From Ginglymostoma cirratum (Eukaryota), in contig JAHRHZ010000289.1 in assembly GCA_024137785.1 (NCBI GenBank), positions 8,183,814 through 8,247,813 on the forward strand: a DNA stretch of 64,000 nucleotides. Direction: 5' to 3'. Within the stretch, counting starts at the first letter, position 1. Each line of letters starts with the position of its first letter. Shown here piece by piece: positions 25,149 through 37,609 of this stretch. A program made the translations under genes and the position numbers. Under the pieces are notes generated by a model. The model did not search any database, had not been told where the DNA came from, and saw only the letters and a program-made list of their open reading frames with translations.

Positions 25149-25244
25149 TAACATGAACACTGAGACAGAGTTCTCACTATGAACAAGTTTTCAGAAGAAT
25201 TATACAAAAGCAACTAAAATCATCACAACTCTATCACAAACAGC

Positions 25245-26850
25245 CATTCCAAAGAAGATTCATGCTGGACATGAAACCCGAACACTATTTCTCTCTCAAC
25301 AGATGCTGCCAGACCTGCTGAGTTTCTCTAGCACTTTCGGTTTTCGTTTCAGATTTTCAGCATTCAAAATATTTTGCTTTTATTTGAGTTTTTAATTCAC
25401 TGCTCCCTGTCTTCCAGGTATGTCCACCTTGAAGAACTTCTGCTTTTCGCTCCAGTGGGATTTCCATTTTAGCCTTTTGGGCTTGTTCACCTTTATGGCT
25501 TTCTATTTTGCTCATAGTGTTTGATCAAGTGTTATCCAAAACTTACTTTCACAGACCAATCTCTCTCCTCAATGATTGTTGACTAAAGTTCTATCTTTCA
25601 TGTTTCATATCCACTGCAGAGTACAAGTAACTTTGCAACATACAACATTGTTCAGATAGCTGTTCCTGCCACGTCCTGAGATCCATACCCAGTGCCATGC
25701 ACTTCCACGTGCACATTCTCAACCTCTCTGACCATCAGCACCATCTTACACCATCTCAAAGTGGTCCCTGTACCCAGCTCCATTTCATTCTTTATCTCAT
25801 TCGACACTCTAGTTAAAGAATTTTTTTTCCGTTTTCTGGTGTTTAGGAATGTAAGTTCCAAAAAAACTGATTGGTTACGAAGCCCCTGTGGATTTTACTC
25901 TCCTCCCCTTCTCTCCAACTCCATCCCTTCTCCTACTCCCACTCTTTGCAGCGTATTCAACATACCCTCTCACCTTCCACTCTCCAGTGATGAATGATCT
26001 GTGCTCAGCAAGAGTTCTATACTCGTAGACCTAGAAATATAGAATAAAGTATTAAACAGAGAAACTAGGAGCAAGAGTGGGAAATTCAGCATTCATAATG
26101 ATCATAACTGATAACCTAGCTCAATGCAATATTCCTGCTTTCTTCACATTTCCCTTGATTGCCTTAAAATCTGAAAGCTACCTAGCCCTTTCTTGAGTAT
26201 ATTCAGTTAAGTGGCCTTATCTCTTTATGCCCCCACCTTAATGAATTTTGAGCACAACATGACAAATTCTTCTTCCATGGTCTTTGCCTTCATGCCCACT
26301 TCTTTTGTTAAGAATCCTGTCCACATTCCAGGAACTTTTTCACCCAGCTCCAATAATCCCCCTCCACTAGCACCTTTCCCTCTGGCTTTTCTCATGCACT
26401 TGATCTCTTCGTCAAGAACTGATGACATGACATCAACCATTTAATTTCTCTGCTGACCTGTCTCCGTTTGAACTTGCTGCAGGCTATTCTCTTAGGTCTA
26501 ACTCTGAATTTGTTATCAAACCTGCTGATGAGGATGGTGCTGTTGCCATCTGGCCCTTCGCCTCTACTTTGCAGAGACTGAGTGCCAATTTGTGGATACT
26601 TCCTCCTAACTGCCCCTAATCATGACCCCATCAATCAAAGTCAAGTTGTTATTTCCAGGAATGTCACTGACCTCATCTCCTCGAAAGATCTCCTGTCCAC
26701 AGCTTCCCATCTCATAGACCCCAACTGCACACAGCCCACTTCTAACAGTTCCGAAAAACAGTCAAACTGGGCAAGAAACGTTAACTCTGTTTCTCTCCAG
26801 TCTGAGCCAGAGAAACTCTGAGTTTCTCCAGCACTTTTTGTTTTATTTAT
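25245..26850 (+). mobile_element. Old internally deleted Penelope-like element with decayed pLTRs at both ends and a small CR1-tail insert (~26030-26220)
   Basis: pLTR-like sequence at 25245-25385 and 26745-26850 (GAAACGTTAACTCTG). ORF remnants FFFRF and IKPADEDGAVAIW, matching the PLE DKG motif. Confidence 0.7.
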
Positions 26851-27404
26851 AAGGTCTAAGCTCAATCCAATTGACTAACTGTCTTCCCTAATGGATTACA
26901 AAGTACAGCAATAGCAGTTCAACATATCTTTATACAGGAATACTAAACAGCTTGATATAACACTGATGTCCTCATTTAACTTTCCTAAAGATACATGCTT
27001 GTCTGATCATAGTTGCATGCAATATCACAACATATTATCGATTTTTCTTAACAAATTCACCAGTAAACCCAATTTTATATTGAGTCAAAACTCTGTTTGG
27101 TTTAAATTGGAAGTATTTTGATTGGACATAAAGCCAGAAAAATGTATTATATCTTCATTTGTGTTTATGTTAAATAATATGCATGGAGATGATCGTTCTT
27201 TTTCCAAACTTTCCTGAACTACCATTGTATGACATTCTGTGACATTCTGCACTATGAAAGAATTGACAGAATGGAAGTGCAGCTGTACATTTCTGAGGAA
27301 ACTGTCATCCAAATTTCCTCTAAGAAACGCAGAGCACCCTCTTTTTTTATTAAAAGAAGTGCACTCTGTGTGATTTTGCCACTTATTGGAACATCCAGCC
27401 TAAT

Positions 27405-29205
27405 ACCAAGTTACAGGCCCAAACCAACCTTACAGATTCCCACTGCCTGTGGCAAGGCCTAAGCAACATAACAGGATACAAAATGAAGCACAGCAAGATA
27501 GCGGACAAAGACACATCTCTCCTTAATGTGCCGATGCTGTCTATGCCTAGCTCAAGCAGAATGCCAGCAGCACAGTGTCACCTGCCCTAAAAGCCCCGGA
27601 CACACCTGTTCCCTCTGTCATTGCTGCTGACGTCAGATAGGTCTTCCTAGGAGTTACCCCAAGGAAAGCGATGGACCTGGATGGAGTCCCCAGCTGTGCA
27701 CTTAGATCCTGCGCAGAATAGCTAGCTGGGGTATTCACTGACATCTTCAACCTCTCCCTCCTCAAGCCAAAGTCCCCACCTTCTTCTAGAAGATCACCAT
27801 ATTCCTAGTACCTAAGAAAGCATATGCAATGTGCCTTAATGTCTACTGCCCAGTGGCTCTGACCTCTATAATCATGAAGTGCTTCGAGAGGCTGGTCATG
27901 GCACACATCAACTCTAGCCTCCCAACCTGACTCGATCCCCTGCAATTTGCCTACCAACATAACAGGTTCACAACGGACACCATTTCCCTAACACTGCACC
28001 CATCCCTGGAACACCTGGACAACAAAAAAACCCACATCAGACTCCTGCGCATTGACTACAGCTCTGCCCTCAACACCATTATCCCCTTTAGACTGATCTC
28101 AAAACTCCAAGACCTAAGCCTCAGCTCCGCCTTCTGCAAATGCGTCCTCAGCTTCCTGACCCATAGACCGCAATCAGTGAAAATAGACAACTGCACCTTC
28201 TCCATGATAACCCCCAACACTCAACCCCCCCCACCAAAGTAAGTGTTCTCAGCACCTCTACTGTACTCCTTGTGCACCCATGAATGTGTTGCCAAATGCC
28301 AAACAAATGCCATCTGCAAGTTAGCTGACAGCACCACCGTGGTAGGATGGATATCAAGCAACAATGAGTAGGGTTACAGAAAGGAGATAGAGGGCTTGGT
28401 GACATGTTGCAATGAGAATAACCTCTCTCTCAATGTCGACAAAACAAAAGAACTGATCATTGACTTCAGAAAGAAAGGGCGAGAACATAACCCCATCTAT
28501 ATCCACAGAGCTGAGGTTGACAGGGTTTAGAGCGTCAAGTTCCTAGGAATGACGATAACCAACAACTTGTCCTGGGCTTCCCACATAGATGCGATGGTCA
28601 AGAAGGCACAACAACGTCTCTTTTTCCTCAGGCGGCTCAGGAAATTTGGCATGTTTATAAGAACCCTCACCAATGTTTACAGGTGCACCACTGAAAGCAT
28701 ACTGTCCAGAGTCATAATGGCCTGGTACAGCAACTGGATTGCCCAGGACTGTAAGAAACTACAGAAGGTTGTGTGCACAGCACAGACCATTACGGAAGCC
28801 AACCTCCTATCCACGGACTCCATTTACGCGTCCCTTTGCTGCAGATAGGCTGACAACATCAGCAAAGTCCCATCCCACCCTAGTAATGCTCTCCTACAAC
28901 TTCTTCCATCAGGCAGAACATGCAGGAGCTTGAACACACGCACCGCCAGGTTCAAGAACATCTTCTGCCCTGCTGTTATTAGACTGATGAAAGGACTCTC
29001 TAACTTCAAATAGTGCTGATCTTGTTAATGTTGATCTTGTCTGGCACACTTCCTGTGCGGTGTAACCTGTATGCCTTACTCTGTCCAAGTTTTTGTCACC
29101 CTATGATCTGTATGTCCTTGCTTATTTTGATCTGCTTGTACTGCTCGCAAACAAAGCTTTTCACTGTACTTCAGTACACATGACAATAAATCAAATCAAT
29201 CAATT
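27405..29205 (+). mobile_element. Rex1/Babar-clade LINE, 5'-truncated and frameshifted RT
   Basis: [61 protein letters not shown]. Tail AATAAATCAAATCAATCAA. Confidence 0.9.
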
Positions 29206-29699
29206 AATATCCTAGTTTTGGTGCACTACAAGGTAAGGTTGCTAAAATCCAGAAGAGGTGACATCCTATTTGCAAAAACAAAACTAAACAAATAACTTCC
29301 TGTCACCGCAGAATACAAAATTCCTTGAAAGAGTTATTAGCAGTTTTAAGAGCCAACTTCCTCTGTCTCCAACAATTTTCAGATCATTACTTGAGCTGAA
29401 GACAACTAATGAAACTGTCTAGCTCATTAGAAGTTATGGTTTTAATTATAAGTCAAATCAATAGCAAATGCATATTCTTACAACTCCACAATTTGATCAA
29501 TCAAGTGACAGATGGACCAGCCTCTGCAATTTGCAGAGCTACAAGAAGCTTTACCTCATGCACAAGCCTAAGGAAATTATCTCAAAGCATTGTGGGAGAA
29601 AATGGGAAAAGGAGCCAAAGGATGTTATTTTCTAGGTGGTTAGATTGATCAATGTCAAGAAAATGTGAAAGTCCCAAATGATTTTCAGTCTTGCCTTAT

Positions 29700-29825
29700 A
29701 AAAACCAAAAGAACTGCGGATACCGCAGCTCTGAGGAAGGGTCACCGGACCCAAAATGTTAACTCTGTTTTCTCCTTCACACTTGCTGCCAGACCTGCTG
29801 AGCTTTTCCAGCAATTTTGTTTTTG
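29700..29825 (+). mobile_element. Mini-PLE cassette, family B: inverted tail, hammerhead and pLTR
   Basis: CTGAGGAAGGGTCACCGGACCCAAAATGTTAAC (core decayed at CpGs). Target duplication TTCAGT(C/T)TTGCCTTAT at 29684-29699 / 29826-29841. Confidence 0.85.
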
Positions 29826-30139
29826 TTCAGTTTTGCCTTATTATGTCTCGTCTTACTGTGACTTATGTAATGATACAGTGCCAGATTCTCAAGGTGAAGT
29901 TGATCTTATAGTAATTTTTAAATATTAAACATTTCAGGAAATCAAGTGACAATAAACACCCCCAATCAACAAGGGCATCAATCCAAAAGACCTCCCTAAT
30001 GAAATATCTCTACGGATAGAGAAGGCACATGTTCCCATCAGGAGGAATAAGGAAGTCATAACCATAATAAGAAAACTCGAACAAAGTGGCTTATAATTAT
30101 ATTTGTGCTATAATTGAACACACTTGGCTCTCAGTGAAG

Positions 30140-31042
30140 TATAGCGCAGATAATGGCATAGTGGTATTGTCATTGAGATCCAGGAAATGTTCAGGTAACT
30201 TGGGCTCAAAACCCATCATTGGCAGAAAGTGGAAATTAAATTCAATTGAAAAAAAAGTGGAATTAAAAGTCCAATGACCATAAAACCATGACCATTGTAT
30301 TTAAAAAAGACCCATCTAGTTGACTTAATGTCCTCTAGCAAAGGAAATCTGCCACCCTTACCTGGCCTGGTCTACATGTAACTCCCAACCTACATCTATG
30401 TGGTTGATTCTAAAGTGCCTTCTGAAATGGCCCAGCAGGCCACTCAATCCTATCAAACTACTAAAACAAAACCTCAAAAAGGTATGAAACTGGATGGAAC
30501 ACCACCATTGACATAGGCTCTGGAAAAAGTAACAGCAAAAACAGGTCTGTTGACCTTCAAAGTCCTCTTGGCGAACATCTCAGGCAATCAGCACCGATAT
30601 TGGGAGAGCTGTCTCACAGTGAAACAATAACCTGACATGGTCATCCTCACAGAATCATATCTTATGGACAATGTCCCAGACAAAACCATCACCATCCGGG
30701 GTCTGTCATAATAGCTGTTATTACTCCACCAATAACAGTTCTGAAGTAATAATGTGATGAGTGCCCATAACTTGCAACACCTGTAGCCAAGCTGTTCAAG
30801 TATAGCTGCACCACAGGCACTCATGCAACAAAGTGGAAAATTTATCTCCCTTCAGTATCACTGAGTCAAAAACCTGTAAATCCTTCCCTAACATCACTGG
30901 GGGGTTATCGACACGAAATTGTCTGCAGCAGTTCAAGAAAGCAGCTCACTACTATTATCTGTGGGACAATCAGAGACGGGCAATAAATAGTGCCCCAGCC
31001 AACATTGCCCACATCTCAAGAGTGAAAGAAATAAAAAAAAAA
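30140..31042 (+). mobile_element. tRNA-SINE-headed, internally deleted CR1/L2-group LINE
   Basis: Head and body match the SINE at 45155-45505. Then an APE N-terminus (ILGELSH...PDMVILTESYLMDNVPDKTITIRG) and a 3' end (LQQFKKAAH) with the same tail as that SINE and poly(A). Confidence 0.65.
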
Positions 31043-34000
31043 TTTTCAGAATTTGCACTAAACACTCCGCAGTACCTCATATCTTTATAGCATATGACAA
31101 GTATTTAATTGATTAATAAATTTGATCTTTTCTGATGTTCTTTGCCCCTTTTAGTGTCCATGCATTTATTGCTCCACTTCGTAAAAATGAATTTTGTTCT
31201 TTTCGTTACAGTATGAGATTTTCAATCTAGTATGGATCATGCAGATTTATGTCCAGATTTCCTGCAGTTTTTCCACTGAAGTAGCAGCCCGGCAGATTTG
31301 ATTCCATCCCCCAAAAAATAATGTAGCAGGGTCTCCACCAGCAGTTGGCAATAGTGGGGAAGAGGACATCAATCCTTCCGGGTCTCTTCCATCTCTTCTC
31401 GCAGGGGACAGCGTCATTGGCAAGCTGGGGGGGTGGGGAGGAGTTAAAGGTAAGAGATAAATAAAGAAACAGCAGTAGACCAAGACCTGTGAGTATCAAG
31501 TCACTGATGATGGTCAGACTCAGGCAAGGCATGTAATTGCTGAATGCCTAGCCAGTCCAGCTAACAGCATCCCTGAGCTGGAGCAGCCTCTTGAAGAGAA
31601 AGACAGGATTCCAGATTGGCGATTCAACATTGAAAAGGTAAGGCCAGTAATTGTGCAGACCAAAGCTACTGACGGTGTCCAGAAAGCCAGGAAGTGGTAG
31701 TGGAGTGGGTAAAAAGTTGCAGGAAACTAAACTGGACCCTTTGGGAAAAGTCCCGACGTTCCTTAGGCCATGAGAGGAAGAGGATCCCTTTTTTGTCTGG
31801 GTGCAAGGTAGCCAGGGTTACATGGTCCCAGGAGGTTAGCCATAGGAATTTGTCCAACAGAACCTGTTACCCAGCTGATTAGAGATCAGGTGTGCAGTTC
31901 TACAGCAATATCCTGATGGATGTGAAATATCAGGTGAATGTCCACTGTAAATAGTTAATTCATCTAAGTTACACTTTTATATTAATATTTGCAAATATTC
32001 ATTGTCAGTGGCATAGTCTGCTTTCTAATCTTTGTGCATTTGTATGTGTTTAAATTGTGTGTATTACAATAAGGCAGGCAGACTGAATCATAAGAGGACA
32101 CAAAGTGCATAAGAAAAATAATCGTCTCCAAAATTAAAGGAGTTAGGTAAGCACAATACAAACAACACTTTGGAGCCCAATCCTGCCTTATTTGAAGTAT
32201 TTCTGAAGTTTAATTGTGCAAGTGTTGCTTTAACAGGGTTAAGAATATGTTCTGGGCCACATGCACAAGGAAACAAAAGGTAGCGTGTCCAGTGTGTTAC
32301 CTTATCTGCCCTGGTAAGATCATTGAAATGTGCAGGCTTTGTCTGCAGTTCTAAGGTAGTTGGATCAGTACCACATTCCCCCAGCTGACATATTTCTCCG
32401 GTAATATTTCTGTAGGGCTTCCTGATATGCATACACAACAGGCCATATCTACTAGCTTCAATTTCTCCTCAGAGAGTTTGAGATCTACGTCAGTAAAGTT
32501 CTGTGTTCTCCTGATTAGTATCATGACCTACTGCCATTGTGTAAACATGATCAAATAATTGATAGGTACATCCAGTGAGAAAATTGATACTATTCTTTAT
32601 TTTTTTTTGTCTAGCCACATTAAAGCTTGCAAGTGGACCTGTATTTTTTAAGGAAAACACCCCAGTTATCAAGACTTCCAACAGATTACAACACTGTGGC
32701 ATTTATGGCAATGATTTTTCCAATGAGTTACCAATGGACTTACTTAGAAACCCATGGTGTATCTACTTTGGCTGCCAAGCCACAGGCAGAAAATCCTTTT
32801 CTTGATTCAACACACGTATAATACGCAGATTGGAAATTTATCCACACTCTCTTTTAACTCCAGAAACATCGAGCTGTTTACTTCACAGCTGTAATAGTCG
32901 TGCGCAAAATTCACTTAGGATTTCTTTTCGTAAAGTGCAGATTCATAGCCAAATTTGACACTAAAATGACAACTTTAGTCAAAAGGACCATAAAATTACT
33001 GCAATGGGATATGGGAAAACATTATACTAAAGTAGTAAAGGATGCCATTTGTGTGGCCATTTGAGTCAAAGACAACTGCAGTAAAAAGAAACACTCTAAA
33101 AGTGGTGAATTGATTTTTCAGGATTCCATGAGGAAATGGATAATAATCAATTTTACCCAAAATGTTAAAGAAACTTCTCCATCAGCATTAATTTTCTTTC
33201 CAGGAGCTTTTATTGGAATACTATACATGGCTCTGGCTGCCTTAGCCTTGTCTCATTTGTTACTGGATAAACATTTAATGATTTGTTATAATCTTTATTG
33301 ACCATTTTTACACGATCCTTCTTCATCAACTTTAAGTCCCATTCAGTTTATAAAATGGATATAGATCAAAAGTAAATATTGGTTCCATCATTCTATGTGG
33401 ATTTAGATCAAATCTTATTAAAGGTATGCCAGCATCAGGATCAAATAGATTAAATTGGATCAAAAACTATATTGGTATTGTGGATTTGACAACAGTAGAC
33501 AAGTCAACATATTTAAATGAAATGTAAAATCAAGGGGAAGAAATCAAGGTGTAAGTCAGTATTTCTACCTTTAGTTTTTTAGCTTTATTTAAAGTTATTA
33601 TTCTTTGTGTAAATAATGACAGTACTGAAGAATGGAACTTTTCCATGCTTATGACCCATTGCCAATGTCAAACAAATCAAGTATGGCAATAGTCACTGCT
33701 GTCAGTGCAGCCAAAGACTGATGACCACGCTATGTTAAAAATGAGAGATGATTCAGTTTCTCATTGCAGCTATCGTTCTGGCTTGAGAAAGCCAAACTGA
33801 TTTATTGCTGTGAGGTACCATTTGACTTTAGTCTCCTGAGACCCATAAAAGTGTCTCGTGTTCCTTTCCAGGATCTCTTCAACTCTAACCCTCATGAAGT
33901 TGGTCAAAAGACTTGGTGGCTCAACCAAGTGTCTCCTAAAAAAAGGCATTCGGTTTCTGTATCTATCATAGCTCCCCCACTGCATTATAAACTGGCCAAC

Positions 34001-34341
34001 CAGTTAACTCAGGTAGAGTTGTCCAGGTATCCAGCAGTCTGAGGTAATGGGGCAATCAGTCATTTGGCCCCATGTGCAAGCATTACTACTGTGCATGTTC
34101 TGGGTGGAATGGCCAAAAGTCAGAACTTTGTATTAGAGTTCGATGTGAAAAAATTTGGTGCACTCTGCAAAATATAAGATAAAAGTAGAATTGGCAAACT
34201 ATTAGCATCAACAAACTAAAAGAAAAAAGTAGTCCGTAGTAGTCATAATTAGTATGACTACTATAGCTAGTAGTCATTCAAGTAGTTCATAAATCAGGAA
34301 ACTGATTTTTATGACTTTCTGTCCTATATGGAAGAAGTTTT

Positions 34342-34460
34342 GGGGGCTGTTATGGTGTAATGCTAGTCCTCCTATTTCTAAACCGAGGGGCCTGGGTTTC
34401 AAGCCCCACCCACCCCAGAAGTGTCTTGTAACATATCTGAACAAATTGATTCAAAACACC
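34342..34460 (+). mobile_element. Short tRNA-derived SINE
   Basis: A-box TGGTGTAATGCTAG and B-box GGGTTTCAAGCCC. Related copy at 59278-59380 (-). Confidence 0.6.
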
Positions 34461-36067
34461 TCCTCATAGCTCTTATCAGTTATAGAACATGAAAAGAAAG
34501 TAATAATTTAAAAAGCAGATTTTTTTTTAACTTTACTCCAGCAAAATCAATTCTTCACAGATATCCTGCATTAGAATGCTTAAATATATTATTTTACTTC
34601 CAGCAAGTAAAGTCTTCATATTCCAAATGTGCTATTAACCGTGTCATACCATTACCAGGTATGGCTGTCTCCTGTTACTGTAGATTCTTCTCCCAATGAT
34701 CAGGCAGGCCCTCATTCTGTGAGATCTCAATCTGACAGTTAAAAAGGACTTCTCCATACAAATGCAGTATAGGTCTCTGCTGCATTCAATATTTTGTACC
34801 TTTTTTCACCAGATGGGATGAGTTCACAATATTGATAAACCACACTATCTAACATAGCTTTTTATTTAAAAACACAATACCCATTTATATTTTGCAACCT
34901 TTGTTTAAACCATATCTCGCATCTTTACAAAATGTTGTCCATCTTTCTTTTGCTTTCTCCTGTAATTTTCCATTATCTGAACACCTTATAGTCATTTTCC
35001 CATGAGGAAGAAGTGGAAACTTGCAGGAACACAGTGCTTCCTATTATCTTAATTCATGCCCTTCATGCCTTCATAACTGTAGCACTAGTTTTTCTTGTTA
35101 TCTGTTTCCCCCCAATATTTTGGTCTCTTAACATGGTAAGTTCAGCAAGTGTAATTTTAAAAGACTGACAAACAAGCATTTCTTCATCAGCACTCTTCTA
35201 GCTCCCCAAGACATGTTGATTGAAAGTCAACCTTGAAAAAAAGTTTGAAGTTTTATTTTAATATTCATATTCACTGGGGCCCCTTTCATTTTATCGCCAA
35301 AAACCAATATCACTCATTAAATATCAAATGACAATCAAGAATTTTCAAAGTGTTAACATATTGCTTCTCCTGAGCATCAAGAATGAGCAGTCCCATTGTT
35401 TTAGATGTATTGTGTAGTCAAAGAAAAGGCATTGAATATCGTGCACACTCAATTTTAGATCCTTGTGAAAATCAGCTGTTAAAGTCTAAACAGGGAGAGC
35501 AAGATAGTGTTTCTTTAATCTTTATAGACAGGGTAGAGTTTATTTAATGTTCTTCTCTTGAGAGGTTCTTAACACAGCAGTGACATTTTATACAAGATGA
35601 GTACTTGTTCCATTTCACTAAAAGTCATTCATGAAAATTTATACGGACTTTGACCACGGAGAAGCCTGGTTATTTCTCTTTATGTGTAATATGAAGACAT
35701 TCTATATTTCACATTTCCAAGAGGATTTAGGCTTACAATAATTGTGAAAAGATTATTTATTTGAAGTATTGCAGAAATACCTGAAATGATTTCTTTGCTA
35801 TATGTCATTGGTAAGGTCACCTTGGACATCAGATATTTATTTTTTTGAAAGACTTTGTTTTAAAAGCTACCTGTTTTGCTGTAGATCAGAGCTGTTTCAA
35901 CAGTGACTGGCTTGGAGGGGTGTTTTTTTTTTATTTATCTGGTCTTCAGCCTGCGAGGAAAGGCTGCCCAGCTGAACTCTCCCATTTCTGAAAGGAAAAC
36001 CTTCTTGTTGAGTTTGAGAAAAAGTATTTATTTTTCTGAAAGAGCAAGGCAGGAGCTTCTCAATGAT

Positions 36068-36404
36068 AACAAGCATGGGGCTGGATGAACACAGCAGGTC
36101 AAGCAGCATCATAGGAGCAGGAAAACTTGACGTTTCGGGCCTAAACCCTTCATCAGAAATGGGGGAGGGGAAGAGGGTTCTGAAATAAATAGGGAGAGAG
36201 GGGGAGGTGGATAGAGGAGAGGATAGGTGGAGAGGAGGCAGACAAGTCGAAGAGGCGGGGATGGAGCCAGTAAAGGTGAGTGTAGGTAGGGGGGTAGGGA
36301 GGAGATAGGTCAGTCCAGGGAGGACGGACAGGTCAAGGGGGCGGGATGATGTTAGTAGATAGTATCTCGGATTCTCCAGCATCTACAGTACCTTTTATCT
36401 CTGA
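36068..36404 (-). mobile_element. Mini-PLE cassette, family A pLTR with inverted tail
   Basis: Near-identical to 56411-56717. Inverted tail at 36363-36404. Perfect 14-bp duplication AGCTTCTCAATGAT at 36054-36067 / 36405-36418. Confidence 0.9.
36125..36160 (-). ncRNA. Minimal type I hammerhead ribozyme, intact core
   Basis: Minus strand: ATTT-CTGATGA-A-GGGTTTAGGCCC-GAAACGTC-AAGT. GUC cleavage triplet, ACGU palindrome, stem I AUUU/AAGU. Confidence 0.8.
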
Positions 36405-36567
36405 AGCTTCTCAATGATGTTTTCCTGCACAGGCTATTCTGCAAGACCTCTGAGAGAACTGTGCATGATTCATGGACTTTGAAACATACCCAGCAACTTT
36501 ATGATTCTCTATCCTTTTGCCTTCAAGGATAAAACATTGGCCAAAAGCGTTTTCTTTCAGAAAGCCA

Positions 36568-36570
<3 letters not shown>

Positions 36571-36605
<35 letters not shown>
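36571..36605. repeat. (TG)n microsatellite
   Basis: About 17 perfect TG units. Confidence 0.98.
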
Positions 36606-36606
<1 letters not shown>

Positions 36607-36891
36607 GTGGGGAGAGATAAACATTTACACAGTTTTGCTGCTGACTATGCATGTTAACAGATTATTTCATCTTTATTGAATATGTTTTGTTTTTATAATA
36701 ACCAATAATCGCATTTGCAGTGAAACCTGGTGGATAGAACTACTTATTTAATCCTGTTGTAAAGTATTTAATTTGCCATTTCAGAGACTGGAAAGTTATT
36801 TTTATTTATTCTTTATCGTGACTCATGGAGTAATGGGATTAGAGCAGCAGTGCACTCCTCCCACTGAGTTGTAACACATGATAAATGAAAA

Positions 36892-37070
36892 TGAACCCAC
36901 ATAAACAGAAATTTGCTGGAGAAACTCAGCAGAGATCAGTGGAGAGGACACGGGGTTAATGGTTTGAGTCCAATGACCCTTCCATTTTCTCTTCACAGAC
37001 CTGTTGTGTTTCTCCAGCAATTTCTGTGTTTGTGTGTTTCAGATCTCTAGCATCGCAATTCTTTGTCCAT
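36892..37070. mobile_element. Decayed fold-back mini-PLE cassette
   Basis: CAGAAATTTGCTGGAGAAAC ... GTTTCTCCAGCAATTTCTG inverted arms. Duplication ATAAATGAAAA at 36881-36891 / 37071-37081. Confidence 0.7.
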
Positions 37071-37609
37071 ATAAATGAAAAGGGGCTCACTTCAATTAAA
37101 ATGTTATGTATGTTCCATAATCTCAAAGTTCAGTACACAAAATTGTTCCGATTAATCAAATAACATTTTTAACAAGGTTCTGAAAGAAGTTTACGTTGCT
37201 TTAATGTATCCTGCACATGTCAGAAGTAAGATTGCCAATGAGCAGATCAACACTTATTGCAACTTAATGTGATCTTTTGTGACCAATTCACAAACTGTCC
37301 AATGAACATATTAGCTTTTGGGGCATGGCAAAGCCATGAAAATTGAGGGCACATTCGGATGCCTGGGTAATTTCATGGATGGCTCTTTCAAAAGTCCTAA
37401 CATGAGTTTTAACATAGAAAATAATCAAAATAAAATGGAATATGAGGACATTTGGATAGGTTGATGAATAGAAGACAAAAAGCAGCATTGCACATCCTCA
37501 AGACCTTCGTTTGGCTACATAAAACATTCTACCATAATCTCATGCTTCTTATTGCATAGACATCAGCAAAGCTGCAGAGGATGGTCATGGAATTAATACC
37601 TAAAGTTAT

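Noticed and set aside
32744-33075. Possible minus-strand exon (TTTTTACTGCAG acceptor, GTAAGT donor)
   Set aside because: The frames I read contain stops and no recognisable protein. A non-coding exon cannot be excluded.
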